This document shows, piece after piece, positions 29,874-41,300 of a stretch of DNA of 64,000 bases. The stretch spans positions 9,712 to 73,711 of the forward strand of contig JANOYY010000049.1 of the NCBI GenBank assembly GCA_031429095.1. The letters run 5' to 3'. The notes below the pieces were generated by a model, which worked only from the letters and a program-made list of their open reading frames with translations, did not search any database and was not told where the DNA came from. The translations under genes and the position numbers were made by a program. The stretch's first letter is position 1; each line of letters begins with the position of its first letter. Origin of the DNA: Acidimicrobiia bacterium (GTDB taxonomy: Bacteria; Actinomycetota; Acidimicrobiia; Acidimicrobiales; JANYDT01).

Positions 29874-29932
29874 CGCGGCGAGACGGTGGGCACTTTTGAC
29901 CGCAGCGAGAAAATCATCCGCGAGAGGACCCG

Positions 29933-31348
29933 ATGGGCAAGACACTGAGCGAAAAGATCTGGGATCGCCACCTCGTACGGGCCGCCGACGGCGAACCCGA
30001 CCTTCTCTACGTGGACCTTCACCTGGTCCATGAAGTCACCAGCCCGCAGGCCTTCGACGGGCTCCGGATCACCAACCGCAAGGTTCGCCGCCCTGATCTG
30101 ACCGTCGCCACGATGGACCACAACGTGCCGACCGACATCGCCGGTCTCGGCATGCACAACATCGATCTGGTGACCGATGAGGTCAGCCGAATTCAGATGC
30201 TCAAGCTCCAGGAAAACGCGACCGAGTTCGGTGTGCCGCTCTTTGCCATGGGCGACAAGCGTCAGGGCATTGTCCACGTCATTGGACCGGAGCAGGGTCT
30301 CACGATGCCGGGCATGACGATCGTATGCGGCGACTCACACACCTCAACCCATGGTGCGTTTGGAGCGATTGCCTTCGGCATCGGCACGAGCGAAGTCGAG
30401 CATGTGCTGGCCACCCAAACGCTTCCCCAGACCAAGCCCAAAACCATGGCGATCAACGTGAACGGCGTCGTGCCGAAAGGCGTCACGCCCAAAGATGTCG
30501 TGCTCGCAATCATCGCCAAGATCGGCACTGGCGGCGGAATGGGCCACATAGTCGAATACCGCGGCAACGTGTTCCGCGAGATGTCGATGGAAGGCCGTAT
30601 GACCGTGTGCAACATGAGCATTGAAGGTGGTGCAAAGGCTGGTCTCGTCGCACCGGATGAAACTACGTACGCATATGTAAAGGGCAAACCCTATGCCCCG
30701 AAGGGAGCCGACTGGGACGCCGCCCTTGCCGACTGGACGACACTGGTCACCGACGACGATGCCGTGTTCGACAAGGTTGTCGATATCGATGCGTCAACCC
30801 TTGAACCACACGTCAGCTGGGGAACCAATCCAGGTCAGACTCTGCCAATTACCGCTACGGTCCCGGACCCGTCGACAATTACCGACCCGGTCGAGCGCGA
30901 TGCCGCCGAGCGGGCGATCCAATACATGGGACTCACCGCCGGTCAGACGATCAAGTCGATCGAGGTGAACACCGTGTTCATCGGTTCGTGCACGAACAGC
31001 CGCATCGAGGATCTCCGTGCTGCCGCCGCCGTATTTCGCGGACGCAAGGCGAAGGCGGGTATCCGGGCATTGGTCGTGCCGGGAAGCTTCCTCGTCAAGG
31101 AACAGGCCGAGTCGGAGGGTCTCGACAAAGTGTTCCTCGATGCCGGTGTCGAGTGGCGCCAACCAGGCTGCTCCATGTGCCTCGCCATGAACCCGGACAA
31201 ACTGGACATCGGTGAACGTTCGGCATCGACGTCGAATCGAAACTTTGAAGGACGTCAGGGCCGCGGTGGTCGCACCCACCTCGTGTCCCCCGATGTGGCC
31301 GCCGCGACCGCCATTGCCGGCCACCTCGCCACACCCGATGATCTCTGA
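29933..31348 (+). CDS. leuC: 3-isopropylmalate dehydratase large subunit
   Basis: [50 protein letters not shown]. Confidence 0.98.
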   Translation: MGKTLSEKIWDRHLVRAADGEPDLLYVDLHLVHEVTSPQAFDGLRITNRKVRRPDLTVATMDHNVPTDIAGLGMHNIDLVTDEVSRIQMLKLQENATEFGVPLFAMGDKRQGIVHVIGPEQGLTMPGMTIVCGDSHTSTHGAFGAIAFGIGTSEVEHVLATQTLPQTKPKTMAINVNGVVPKGVTPKDVVLAIIAKIGTGGGMGHIVEYRGNVFREMSMEGRMTVCNMSIEGGAKAGLVAPDETTYAYVKGKPYAPKGADWDAALADWTTLVTDDDAVFDKVVDIDASTLEPHVSWGTNPGQTLPITATVPDPSTITDPVERDAAERAIQYMGLTAGQTIKSIEVNTVFIGSCTNSRIEDLRAAAAVFRGRKAKAGIRALVVPGSFLVKEQAESEGLDKVFLDAGVEWRQPGCSMCLAMNPDKLDIGERSASTSNRNFEGRQGRGGRTHLVSPDVAAATAIAGHLATPDDL

Positions 31349-31402
31349 TCCATTCGGGTCTCGCCACGATTCCTACGCGCACTGAAGAACGGACAAGAAA
31401 TC

Positions 31403-31993
31403 ATGAAAGCAGTACAGGTCATTTCCGGTACAGCGGTGCCCCTCGATCGTTCCGACGTCGACACCGATCAGATCATTCCCTCCGACTGGCTGAAGCGCAT
31501 CGAGCGAACCGGGTTCGGCAAGGGCCTCTTCGGCGAATGGCGCGACGATCGCAACTTCGTTCTGAACAAGGAGGAATACGTCGGGGCGACCATTCTGGTG
31601 GCCGGTCCGAACTTTGGAACCGGCTCCTCACGTGAGCACGCGGTCTGGGCGCTGGAGGACTACGGATTTCGCGCGGTGATCTCTCCACGATTCGGCGACA
31701 TCTTCAGCAACAACGCAACCAAGGTCGGACTCGTACCGGTACAGGTGGACGCAGCATTTGGCGAGCAGCTCCTGCGCGCCGTCGAGGCCGACCCGACACT
31801 TGAGATAACGATCGATGTGGAACGTCGAACTGTGAGTGCACCTAAGATTGGGTTGGAAACGACTTTCCCGATCGACGACTTCACGCAGTACCGTCTCCTC
31901 AACGGTCTCGACGACATCGGGCTAACGATGCGCAACGACGACGCTATTGGAACCTTCGAGACATCTCGGCCTGCCTGGGCTCCGAAAGCCTAA
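31403..31993 (+). CDS. leuD: 3-isopropylmalate dehydratase small subunit
   Basis: DVDTDQIIP, FGTGSSREHA, LLNGLDDIG. Confidence 0.98.
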   Translation: MKAVQVISGTAVPLDRSDVDTDQIIPSDWLKRIERTGFGKGLFGEWRDDRNFVLNKEEYVGATILVAGPNFGTGSSREHAVWALEDYGFRAVISPRFGDIFSNNATKVGLVPVQVDAAFGEQLLRAVEADPTLEITIDVERRTVSAPKIGLETTFPIDDFTQYRLLNGLDDIGLTMRNDDAIGTFETSRPAWAPKA

Positions 31994-32033
31994 CGTCGAT
32001 CATAGAAGTCCCTCTCATCGTTAGGGTTTGTCG

Positions 32034-32081
32034 CACCATTCGTGCCATTCGTGCCATTCGTACCATTCGCACCATTCGTGC
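32034..32081. repeat. 9-bp tandem repeat x5
   Basis: (CCATTCG-TG/TA/CA)n between leuD and the CAP gene. Confidence 0.85.
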
Positions 32082-32086
32082 TCGCG

Positions 32087-32114
32087 TCAAGTTTTTGGCG
32101 GGGCATGCCGATGC
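32087..32114 (+). promoter_or_regulatory. Sigma-28 (WhiG/FliA)-type promoter
   Basis: TCAA-GTTTTTGGCGGGGCAT(16)-GCCGATGC, 34 nt before ATG 32149. Confidence 0.6.
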
Positions 32115-32148
32115 TGTTCCCCCGGGGATAGGCGCAAAAGGAGAGACC

Positions 32149-33345
32149 ATGCGCAGAGCTCAAGTTGTTCAGCTGTTCCTTGTTGTCCCGTTCGGTGGTG
32201 CGCTGGCCTTCGCAGGGGGGACCGCTGCACACTCATCATCGACCAGGTCGGCCACGTCGACCACGTCGACACGGTCGACCTCCAGCTATTGCAGCGTGGC
32301 GCAATCCGAATTCGGTGGACCCACACGGGTCCTGAATTTCGATGTGACGACGACACCATTCACAATTGGCGCCGCTGCCATTTCTGATCTTCAAACCAGC
32401 CTGCTGCGAACCAAGCCGGTTGCGCCGTTGGACGTCATCCCCACGTACAACTCAAGTCTCGCTGCGCTTCGCTCCACCGGGAACGCCTGGAGAACGATGA
32501 AGACTGCCAGGAACGAGTCTCGACGAACATCTGCACGCATACGTTTTACCCAATCGAACGCAACCCTGCGCCTGGAAACCGACAAACTTCGCGTCCAGGT
32601 AACAAGCGCGTGTTCAACGTTTCGTGTGGCCAGCCCACCGGCTGCGCCTCCGGTGCAGGTGGCTCCAGTGAGGGCACCTCCGTTGCCCGCAGCGCCCGCG
32701 CCCTTTACTCCCGTGCCGTCCACTCCAGCGCCGTCCACTCCCGTGCCGACCGTTGTTGTCGTGGCGGTTCCGGTCACACCGAATCCGCCGCCGCAAGCGC
32801 CGCCCGCCGCGGCGGCGACTCCGGTCGCGGCGACTGCTGTCACGCCCGTCCTCATATCACCGGTACCTGTTTCGCCCGCACCGGCGCCCCAACCGCCGTC
32901 TCCGCAACCGGGCCCGCAACCGGGCCCACAACCGAGTCCACCGCCCAGCGGCAACGCCACGTCATGGTTGGCGTTCGTGAACCAGGCACGTGCGCAGTCT
33001 CGGGCATGTGGAACAACGGTGTTCGCTGCTGCCCAGCCGCTTGCGTGGGATACGAGGCTCGAAGACACAGCGCGAGGCCATTCCGCATATCAGGCCCAGA
33101 TTGGACAACTCACCCACACGGGCACCGGAGGTAGCCAGGCCGGCCAACGAATCACCACCGCCGGATTCACCTGGAGCTACTGGGGAGAGAACATCGGTTG
33201 GAACTACCCGAATGCAGCCTCAATGCTTCAGGGGTGGCTCACCTCGCCCGCCCACTGTTCTCAGATCATGGACTCCCGGTTTACCCATGTCGGCTGGGCC
33301 AACGTGTCGGGCTACGACACCATGAATCTCGGTCGGGTCGCCTAA
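32149..33345 (+). CDS. Exported CAP (SCP) domain protein with Pro-rich linker
   Basis: Signal-like N-terminus, Pro/Ala linker, VNQAR..CG, HS, GENIG, WLTSPAHC..IM; RBS AAGGAG. Confidence 0.88.
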   Translation: MRRAQVVQLFLVVPFGGALAFAGGTAAHSSSTRSATSTTSTRSTSSYCSVAQSEFGGPTRVLNFDVTTTPFTIGAAAISDLQTSLLRTKPVAPLDVIPTYNSSLAALRSTGNAWRTMKTARNESRRTSARIRFTQSNATLRLETDKLRVQVTSACSTFRVASPPAAPPVQVAPVRAPPLPAAPAPFTPVPSTPAPSTPVPTVVVVAVPVTPNPPPQAPPAAAATPVAATAVTPVLISPVPVSPAPAPQPPSPQPGPQPGPQPSPPPSGNATSWLAFVNQARAQSRACGTTVFAAAQPLAWDTRLEDTARGHSAYQAQIGQLTHTGTGGSQAGQRITTAGFTWSYWGENIGWNYPNAASMLQGWLTSPAHCSQIMDSRFTHVGWANVSGYDTMNLGRVA

Positions 33346-33367
33346 GCACCGGCTTTACGTGCGACGA

Positions 33368-34195
33368 CTAGAACAACGACTCGATCACTGCGGCGACACC
33401 GTGATCATCGTTGGACAGCGTCACCTGATTCGCCAGTGACTTGATCGTGTCGTGAGCATTCGCCATCGCAACACCGTGACCCGCCCACGCCAGCATTTCG
33501 GCGTCGTTCGGCATGTCGCCAAAGGCCAATACGCGCTTTGACGCAATCCCCTCACGTTCACAAATCCACTGCAACGCCGTCGCCTTCGACACATTCGGAG
33601 CCATGACCTCAAGGAGCGTCGTGGCACCGGGCACCGGCACCGCAGAGCCGAACGTGAGGCTCCCGATACCCGCGACGGCTTCACCGAGTGCCGCATAACG
33701 GTCCGCGCTGATGTCGGGGTCCTTGAACAGCACCTTGAGAATCGAGGTGTTCAACAACGCTTCGACCGGCTCGATGCGGTAGTCAGCCGGGATCGCCCAA
33801 CTCGGTACGTAATTCGGCTCATGACCAAATCCTTGAGGACCGTCGATCGCAAACGCCGCTCGCGGGCTGACCGAACGAATGGCCGCGACAATCGCCAAGG
33901 CGTCGTCGGGCGATACCAACGAAGTGTGAAGCACGCGCTCATGGTCATCGTTTATCGAAAGATCGAGGATTACCGCACCGTTGGACCCGACTGCGTAGCT
34001 GCGATGTCCAGTCTCTTCAGCGACGGGTTCGATCCAACGAGGCGGACGCCCAGTAGCGAACACGAAGAACGCGCCCGAATCAAGCATTCGCCGAATGGCG
34101 GAATGAGTACGCGCGCTTATTGAATCGGACGTGGACAGTAGCGTGCCGTCGAGATCCGAAGCAACCAGATCAAACCCACGTCCGCCGTTCGTCAT
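33368..34195 (-). CDS. Cof-type HAD hydrolase
   Basis: DLDGTL, ATGR, SKATAL, FGDMPND. Confidence 0.92.
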   Translation of the reverse strand: MTNGGRGFDLVASDLDGTLLSTSDSISARTHSAIRRMLDSGAFFVFATGRPPRWIEPVAEETGHRSYAVGSNGAVILDLSINDDHERVLHTSLVSPDDALAIVAAIRSVSPRAAFAIDGPQGFGHEPNYVPSWAIPADYRIEPVEALLNTSILKVLFKDPDISADRYAALGEAVAGIGSLTFGSAVPVPGATTLLEVMAPNVSKATALQWICEREGIASKRVLAFGDMPNDAEMLAWAGHGVAMANAHDTIKSLANQVTLSNDDHGVAAVIESLF

Positions 34196-34207
34196 AGGCA
34201 GAACAGC

Positions 34208-35779
34208 CTACGCTTCGTCGATCACATCAACGGCGGTGATTCCCGCGGTTGACCTCAGCTCTTCGACGGCAGCACCCGGTACGGGACCCTCGGTATCGAG
34301 CATCATGAGCGCACTTCCGCCGGTCGCCGAACGTCCAAGCGCCATGTTGGAAATGTTGACCTCATGCGCCGCAAGGGTCATCCCCACGGCACCGATCATG
34401 CCCGGGCGGTCATCGTTGCGGACAACGAGAAGGTGCTTCGACGGCGGGACCTCAACGTAGTGATCGTCCACCATGACGATGCGCGGCTCCATCTTCAGGC
34501 CAGCCAGCGTCCCCGCAATCGAGTGCCCACACGACGATCGGAGCGTGATCTTGTTGCGATAGTCCTCGCTGTGTGAGGTCTTGGAGTCGGTGATGACGCA
34601 TCCGGCGGCTGCCGCTAGTTGCGGCGCATTCACGTAGGAGACAGGTTCCGCCGACCGATAGCCGAACAAGCCCTTCATGACGGCGAGGCGAAGGATCCGG
34701 GTGTCGTATCCGGCGATCTGTCCAGCAAAGCTGATGTCGAGCGTTGCCATGCCACCGCGGCAGATACCGGCCATCAAGCGACCCAACCGTTCGGCCAACG
34801 GCAGCAGCGGACGAATTGTCTCGCTCGCCTCGGCTGCATCAACGTTCACCGCAAAGGGTACGAACTCACCGGCCAGCGCAAGCTGGACCATGTCAGCAAT
34901 CGTGTCGCCGGCTTTGTCTTGGGCTTCGCGCGTGGAGGCACCCAGGTGGGGAGAAACAACGATCGACGGCAACGTAAACAGCGGTGAATCGGTGCAGGGT
35001 TCTTCGACGAATACATCGAGGCCGGCACCGGCAATCTGGCCCGACGACACAGCGTCGAAGAGTGCCTGCTCGTCAACGATCCCGCCGCGAGAGGTGTTGA
35101 TGATGCGCAGATCAGGCTTGGCAATCGCGAACATGGCAGCGTCGATGATGCCTGTCGTGTCCTTCGTTTTCGGAAGATGTACTGAAATGAAATCGGACTG
35201 GCGCATGCAGTCTTCAAGGGTCACGAGCTCAGCGCCAAGTTGTGCAGCGCGCTCGGAACTGATGAACGGATCGAACGCGATCACCCGCATGTCGAACGCC
35301 GCGCACCGGGCGGCAACAAGCGCACCGATTCGACCGAGCCCGACAATCCCTACGGTCTTGCCGTGCAGTTCGACACCCTCCCACTTCGAACGCTCCCACT
35401 TCCCGTTCTTCAGGGCGGCGTGCGCTTGCGGGGTATTACGAGCAGTTGCGAGGATCAGCGACATGGCCTGTTCGGCGGCCGAGATCATGTTCGACTGCGG
35501 TGCATTGACGACCATCACGCCACGCGCCGTTGCGGCGGGCACGTCGACGTTGTCGAGACCAATGCCGGCACGTCCAACGACACTCAGCACGTCGGCGGCC
35601 GCAAGCACCTCGGCGGTCACCTTCGTGGCCGAGCGAATGATCAGGGCCTCGGCACCTTTGATTGCATCCAGCAATTGCGCGGGGGAAAGACCTTCCCGAA
35701 CGTCGACGGTGTGGCCAGCCTTGCGGAGCTGCTCAAGGCCGCGTTCGGCGATTGTCTCGGTGACCAGGATACGTGCCAT
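34208..35779 (-). CDS. serA: D-3-phosphoglycerate dehydrogenase (with ASB and ACT domains)
   Basis: GRAGIGLDNVD, GLGRIG, PHLGAST.EAQ, DRPGMIG. Confidence 0.96.
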   Translation of the reverse strand: MARILVTETIAERGLEQLRKAGHTVDVREGLSPAQLLDAIKGAEALIIRSATKVTAEVLAAADVLSVVGRAGIGLDNVDVPAATARGVMVVNAPQSNMISAAEQAMSLILATARNTPQAHAALKNGKWERSKWEGVELHGKTVGIVGLGRIGALVAARCAAFDMRVIAFDPFISSERAAQLGAELVTLEDCMRQSDFISVHLPKTKDTTGIIDAAMFAIAKPDLRIINTSRGGIVDEQALFDAVSSGQIAGAGLDVFVEEPCTDSPLFTLPSIVVSPHLGASTREAQDKAGDTIADMVQLALAGEFVPFAVNVDAAEASETIRPLLPLAERLGRLMAGICRGGMATLDISFAGQIAGYDTRILRLAVMKGLFGYRSAEPVSYVNAPQLAAAAGCVITDSKTSHSEDYRNKITLRSSCGHSIAGTLAGLKMEPRIVMVDDHYVEVPPSKHLLVVRNDDRPGMIGAVGMTLAAHEVNISNMALGRSATGGSALMMLDTEGPVPGAAVEELRSTAGITAVDVIDEA

Positions 35780-35890
35780 GCCCCAACGCTAGGCGGATTG
35801 GTCTGTACGAAACGTACGGGCCGACCATGGCCACCGTCACGCGTGGGCGAGCGGGCGCCCTCGTCACGCCACCCGCTAGCGTTGTCAACC

Positions 35891-36877
35891 ATGACCACCT
35901 GGCTTCTCACCGGCGGTGCCGGCTATATCGGCCCCCACATCGCCCGTTCTTTTCTGGCGTCGGGTCGAAACATCGTGGTCCTCGACGATCTGCGAAATGG
36001 CTTCGTCGAAAACGTTCCCGAGGGCGTCACACTGGTACAGGCCACGACCCGAGATGGTGATGCGGTCGAAAAGACCCTCCGCGATTTCGGAGTTGACGGT
36101 GTCGTTCACCTGGCGGCGTTAAAGGCGGTTGGCGAGTCGGTGGAGCATCCTCTGCGGTACTACCGGGAAAACCTCGATGGCATGCTCACGCTCCTCGAGC
36201 GCATGGAATCCGTCGGTGTCCGCAAGATGGTGTTCTCGTCGTCGGCGGCCGTATATGGCGACGTTGCCGTAGAGACGGTGACCGAGGAGACGCCGCGCGT
36301 CCCAACGAGCCCGTACGGTGAGACGAAGCTGCTCGGTGAGTGGATGATGAAGGCACTCCATATTGCTGGCCAGCTCGATGCAGTCGCATTGCGGTACTTC
36401 AACGTGGGCGGCTCCGGTGCACCAGAACTGGGCGATCGTGGCGTGAACAATCTCATTCCGCTCGTGTTTCGCGCCCTCGAAGCAGGGAAGGCACCGCTGA
36501 TCTTCGGTGCCGACTGGCCGACGCATGATGGGTCATGCATCCGCGACTACATCCATGTCGTTGATCTGGGCGAAGCTCATCTTGCCGCCGCCGCAAAGTT
36601 GGAAGGCCTGCCCAACGGCGAACGTCTTCTGCGCACATATAACATTGGCACCGGCGAAGGGACTTCGGTAATTGAAGTCATCAACGCTGCGCTGCGAATC
36701 ACCGGCATCGACATCGACCCGGAAGTCGTCGCCCGTCGGGCTGGCGATCCGGCACGCGTCGTGGCCGATCCGTCGGCGGCTCATCGCGACCTGAACTGGA
36801 AAGCCGAACGATCACTCGACGACATGGTTTCATCAGCGTGGGACAGCTGGCAGCACCAGCGGGCAACAAAGAACTAG
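35891..36877 (+). CDS. galE: UDP-glucose 4-epimerase
   Basis: TGGAGYIG, KAVGES, SSSAAVYG, YGETK, LRYFN, RDYIHV; start reassigned to MTTWLL. Confidence 0.93.
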   Translation: MTTWLLTGGAGYIGPHIARSFLASGRNIVVLDDLRNGFVENVPEGVTLVQATTRDGDAVEKTLRDFGVDGVVHLAALKAVGESVEHPLRYYRENLDGMLTLLERMESVGVRKMVFSSSAAVYGDVAVETVTEETPRVPTSPYGETKLLGEWMMKALHIAGQLDAVALRYFNVGGSGAPELGDRGVNNLIPLVFRALEAGKAPLIFGADWPTHDGSCIRDYIHVVDLGEAHLAAAAKLEGLPNGERLLRTYNIGTGEGTSVIEVINAALRITGIDIDPEVVARRAGDPARVVADPSAAHRDLNWKAERSLDDMVSSAWDSWQHQRATKN

Positions 36878-36883
36878 GTACGC

Positions 36884-38083
36884 TTAACTTTCACGCAATA
36901 GGGCGTTGATCCGGCCAACGCCTTCGGCAAGATCACTGTCCCCCAGTGCGTAGGAGAGACGGGCATAGCCCGGAGCACCGAACGCTTCACCGGGAACGAT
37001 CGCCACCTTGGCGTGTTCGAGGATCAAACTGGCCAGTGTCAGCGATGAGTCGACCACTGTTCCGCGAATCGTGAGACCAATCGCACCCTCCACGCTCGGG
37101 AAGGCATAGAACGCTCCTTCTGGTTCGATACACCGAAAGCCCGGAACCTCCGAGAGGAGGCGCTGGATCGTGAGTCGACGCCGGTCGAATGCTTCTCGCA
37201 TCATGGCAACGGCGGAAAGGTCACCGTTGAGTGCGGCCACGGCGGCCCGTTGCGCAATGTTGTTAACGTTCGACGTGGCGTGGCTCTGCAGGTTAGTTGC
37301 GGCCTTGATCACATCGGGAGCGCCGATCATCCAGCCCACTCGCCATCCCGTCATGGCATAGGTCTTGGCAACACCGTGAACGATGACCAGTCGGTCGCCA
37401 AGCTCGGGCACCAGTGTTGCGATCGATGAGATCTGGCGATCACCATACAATAAGTGCTCATAGATTTCGTCGGTCACGACCCAAAGGTTGTTCTCGGCGG
37501 CCCACGTACCGATCGCGTGCACTTCCTCCGGTGAATACACCGCGCCGGTCGGGTTCGATGGCGACACGAAAAGAAAGATCTTCGTACGTGGCGTCCGTGC
37601 CGCTTCAAGTTGGTCGACCGTCACCTTGAAGCCGGTCGAAATATCGGAGTTCACATAGACGGGCTTGCCGCCCGCCAACTGAATCGCTTCGGGGTAGGTG
37701 ACCCAGTAGGGCGCCTGCACGATCACTTCGTCGCCCGGATCGCACAGCGTCGCGAAGGTGTTGTAGACCGCCTGCTTTCCGCCATTGGTGATCAGCACGT
37801 TTGCCGGCGTGCACGCATACCCCGAGTCGCGCTTGGTCTTGAACACCACCGCCTCCTTGAGTTCGGGCAGACCCCCGGCCGGTGTGTAGCGATGCATCGC
37901 CGGATCTTTGGCAGCGACGATCGCCGCCTCCACGATCTCGTCGGGGGTTGCGAAGTCGGGTTCGCCTGCGCCGAAGCCGATGACCGGTTCTCCTGCGGCC
38001 TTGAGGGCCTTGGCCTTCGCGTCGATCGCCAAGGTTGCGGACTCCTGAATGGCACCGATACGGGCAGAAATTCGTGAACTCAT
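36884..38083 (-). CDS. Class I PLP aminotransferase (aspartate aminotransferase)
   Basis: [32 protein letters not shown]; start reassigned to MSSRIS. Confidence 0.93.
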   Translation of the reverse strand: MSSRISARIGAIQESATLAIDAKAKALKAAGEPVIGFGAGEPDFATPDEIVEAAIVAAKDPAMHRYTPAGGLPELKEAVVFKTKRDSGYACTPANVLITNGGKQAVYNTFATLCDPGDEVIVQAPYWVTYPEAIQLAGGKPVYVNSDISTGFKVTVDQLEAARTPRTKIFLFVSPSNPTGAVYSPEEVHAIGTWAAENNLWVVTDEIYEHLLYGDRQISSIATLVPELGDRLVIVHGVAKTYAMTGWRVGWMIGAPDVIKAATNLQSHATSNVNNIAQRAAVAALNGDLSAVAMMREAFDRRRLTIQRLLSEVPGFRCIEPEGAFYAFPSVEGAIGLTIRGTVVDSSLTLASLILEHAKVAIVPGEAFGAPGYARLSYALGDSDLAEGVGRINALLRES

Positions 38084-38256
38084 AGGATCGAAAGCCTTAC
38101 ACGTCGCGAGGCGCGGAGGCGTACACATTCCGTGACTTTGGCATTTGGCTGAAAACAGACACTGGCCACGATCACGGCCTGTGTTGACTACCAGGTCGTT
38201 GGGCCTGGTTTTGGGTGCGGTGGGTGGTTCCGGATGTTCATTGTCACTCTGGGTGA

Positions 38257-38284
38257 TCAAAGCGGTGTGTGTGAGTGTCGATTT
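38257..38284 (+). promoter_or_regulatory. Sigma-28 (WhiG/FliA)-type promoter
   Basis: TCAA-AGCGGTGTGTGTGAGT(16)-GTCGATTT, 45 nt before ATG 38330. Confidence 0.5.
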
Positions 38285-38329
38285 TGTAATTGGCGTACAC
38301 GGCGCTTCAACGGCTCAGTAAGGACACTC

Positions 38330-41300
38330 ATGGCAACGGGATTGGTTTTATCGGCACGCGTCGTTTTTCGACGTTTCATTTCGGGTTTGATTCGGAAACG
38401 ATCGCATCGCATTCGCCTCGTTGGTTTGATGATCGCAGCATGCACGGTCGCAACCACGGCAATGGTAAGCGTACCTACAGTAGCGTCGGCGCAGACCGCG
38501 GCGCCGTCGGTGACGGTCACCTCACCGCTGGCGGGTTCGTGCGCAACAACAAGTACCCGCAACCTGCAGGCATCGTTTAGCGGAACTGGGACGGTCGTAC
38601 ATGTCGTACTTCTTGAACGGCGCATGGGAGAAACAGGTAAACGGGGCGACCGGGCTATGGAACTGGACTGGTGTCATGGTCACGGAACATATTCGATGGT
38701 CGCGAAGCAACCCTGACCAACGGCACGGTTGTCACGTCCCCCGCAGTGTCATGGTCACGCCTCACGACCTGCCCCGCTACAACAACCACGACTACAACAA
38801 CCACGACCACGACAACGACAACAACGACAACAACGACAACAACGACAACAACGACGACGAGGCCGCCGGTCACGACCACAACAACGACAGTTCCGGTTGG
38901 GACAACCACAACCACACTGCCCGGAAGCGCGCCAATGGTTCGCGGAGTCCGCATCACTTCTCCAACGGACGGCGGTTGTTACGCAACGTCGACTTGGGCA
39001 TTCAAAGCCAACGTCGTCGGTGATCTCGCTGCGACCGAAGTCCACTACTACACCGCCCTGAACGGGGCATCGACCTGGGAATGGGCCGGCTACTCGACCG
39101 CCTCACCGTGGACATTCACCGAAAACTACGTATACGGCACCTACCGCCTCAAAGCAATCGCGACACTCACCGATGGCACAACCGTGACCTCACCAGAAAT
39201 CAACTGGACCCGAGGCGCAACATGCACGTACGAACCCCCGACGACCACCACCACCACCACAACCACGATCCCGAGCGCACTCGGTGCCGTGACATTCCTG
39301 TCGCCACTCCAAGGAACATGCACCACCAACCCCGTCGTCACACTCAGCTCCACCATTTGTGGCAACTGGGTTCGCCTCCAGCGTTACCAGCGTCCAATAC
39401 ACAATCGCAGGAATCGACTACAACATCGCCGCCACCGCAACCGGACCATCACCATTCACCACCACCGCCAACCTCGGAGCCGCGCAGTACGGCACCTACC
39501 GCATCTACGCCACCCCAACATGGTCCGGACCCACCACCACCACACCACCATCACCACCCCTCACCTTCACCTACGCCCCAACCTGCACCCCAACGACAAC
39601 AACAACCACAACAATTCCGGTCACGACGGCCACGACGACGTTGCCGCCCGCGGCCGCTGCTCTTACTTTGAGCGTTCCAACCAACGTTGTTCCCGGTGAA
39701 TTGATTACCGGTTCAGTCACGAATGTCTTGCCGAGCGACACGATCACTGTGGCTTCGGGAGCGACGATCGTACAGACGTTGGTGTCGTCGGCGTCGATCT
39801 CGTTTCGTGCACCCGCGGCCGGGACCTATAGCGCATCGGTGTCACGTAACGGCACAACAATGTCGTCAGCGGCCTTAACCGTCGCCGCGCTCCCGAGCCT
39901 CGCCGTGAGCGGAAGTATGAAGGAAGGCTTCCCGCTCAACGCCACGATCGCCGGGCCACTCGATGCGAGTGACCGCGTACGCATCGATACCCTCGGCCAA
40001 GCCGAGATTTGCGCCGCATGTACCGATCCTGCGGTCAACAAACCAGCGGCCCGAGCGTCACGTTCGCGAACACACCAAAAACCGGAACATACCAGGTACG
40101 CGTACTACGACGTGATCAAAGCATCGCGTTACAGACCATCACGATCGATCCGCTCCCGAAAGCAACGTTGACGCTGTGGCGAGTCCAAGATGTGAGCCCC
40201 GCTACGGGATGTACCCAATTGTGGTCGAACGCCAACGGCAACTACTCAACAACCTACGAAGGCCCACTCGTCATCGGAGTCGACTACCACTCGACCGTGG
40301 ACGGCAACGTGCAACAGCACTGGAAAGGCAAAACACGTAAACCAGGCGTCGACATGCCCCGTGAACCCGGCAGAACCAATCCCATATGACCTCGCGAACT
40401 TCAAAACGCCAACGTGGTGGGCGAAAGCCTTATACGTAACCGTCGCCGGGTACACACCACTCGCGGGTGACAACGTCATATACGGTCCCGGGCCCGGCGG
40501 CACACCACTAACGACCGGAACAAACGCTTGGTTCACACCCGCCACGCTCGCACTAGGAAACGGCGACTCCCACGTCACGTTCTCCTACCGCACCACAATC
40601 AACGGATCCCCCGTGATCATCGGGCAACTCGCGACGATCATTCGGCGCTCACCTGTCATTGGCAGTCCGGTCTGTGTTGTGTCAGCGCAAACCGCCATGG
40701 CTTTGATCGGCACCACCGCACTGCCACCGCACTGCCATCGCACAGCTGGACCACCATCGGAGACTGCTCCAACCCCATCATCATGTTCCTCGCACCAGGA
40801 ACCGGTGAAGAACTCCCCGGACAACGCAACCCCGACGGCACCCCCAAAGCCAACACCGACCCAACACGCAACAACCCAACCAACCCCAACGCACCACCCC
40901 CGGTTGTTTACAGTGCCCCCATTCCTCGATACGCATTCCTCGGGGAAGGGGTTCCGGCAGCCATCGAGTCCGCGAACTCGGGTACTTGTCTCTCCTTCGA
41001 TGCCTACTGCACTTTCTTTGTCCCCGAACTTGCCGGGGCCGGAATGTGGCTCCACCCCGCCGAAGACCCGTCGCTCTGTGTGACCGCTCGCTCGGGTTCG
41101 GTTTACCTCGACGCGTGTATTGAAACCCCAGTCAACGACTCTCAGCTTTGGGTCGACCGCCCAGAAGCCGATGGCATCGCGTTCACACTCCGCACCCGAG
41201 CAAACTTTGCGTCCTGCCTCAAAACCGCTACAAGTTTCGGCTCGTGTACCGACCCGGCCACCCAATGGGTCGGCACGCCCGGAGGGGACACCCTCGGATC

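Noticed and set aside
35240-35890. Long N-terminal extensions in the ORF track (galE, sdhA, hemY, aminotransferase, EEP, PPOX)
   Set aside because: They overlap neighbouring genes; downstream starts match family N-termini and promoter or RBS signals.
38084-38256. tRNA or riboswitch upstream of the aminotransferase
   Set aside because: Two hairpins present, but no T-loop or cloverleaf and no riboswitch core I recognise.
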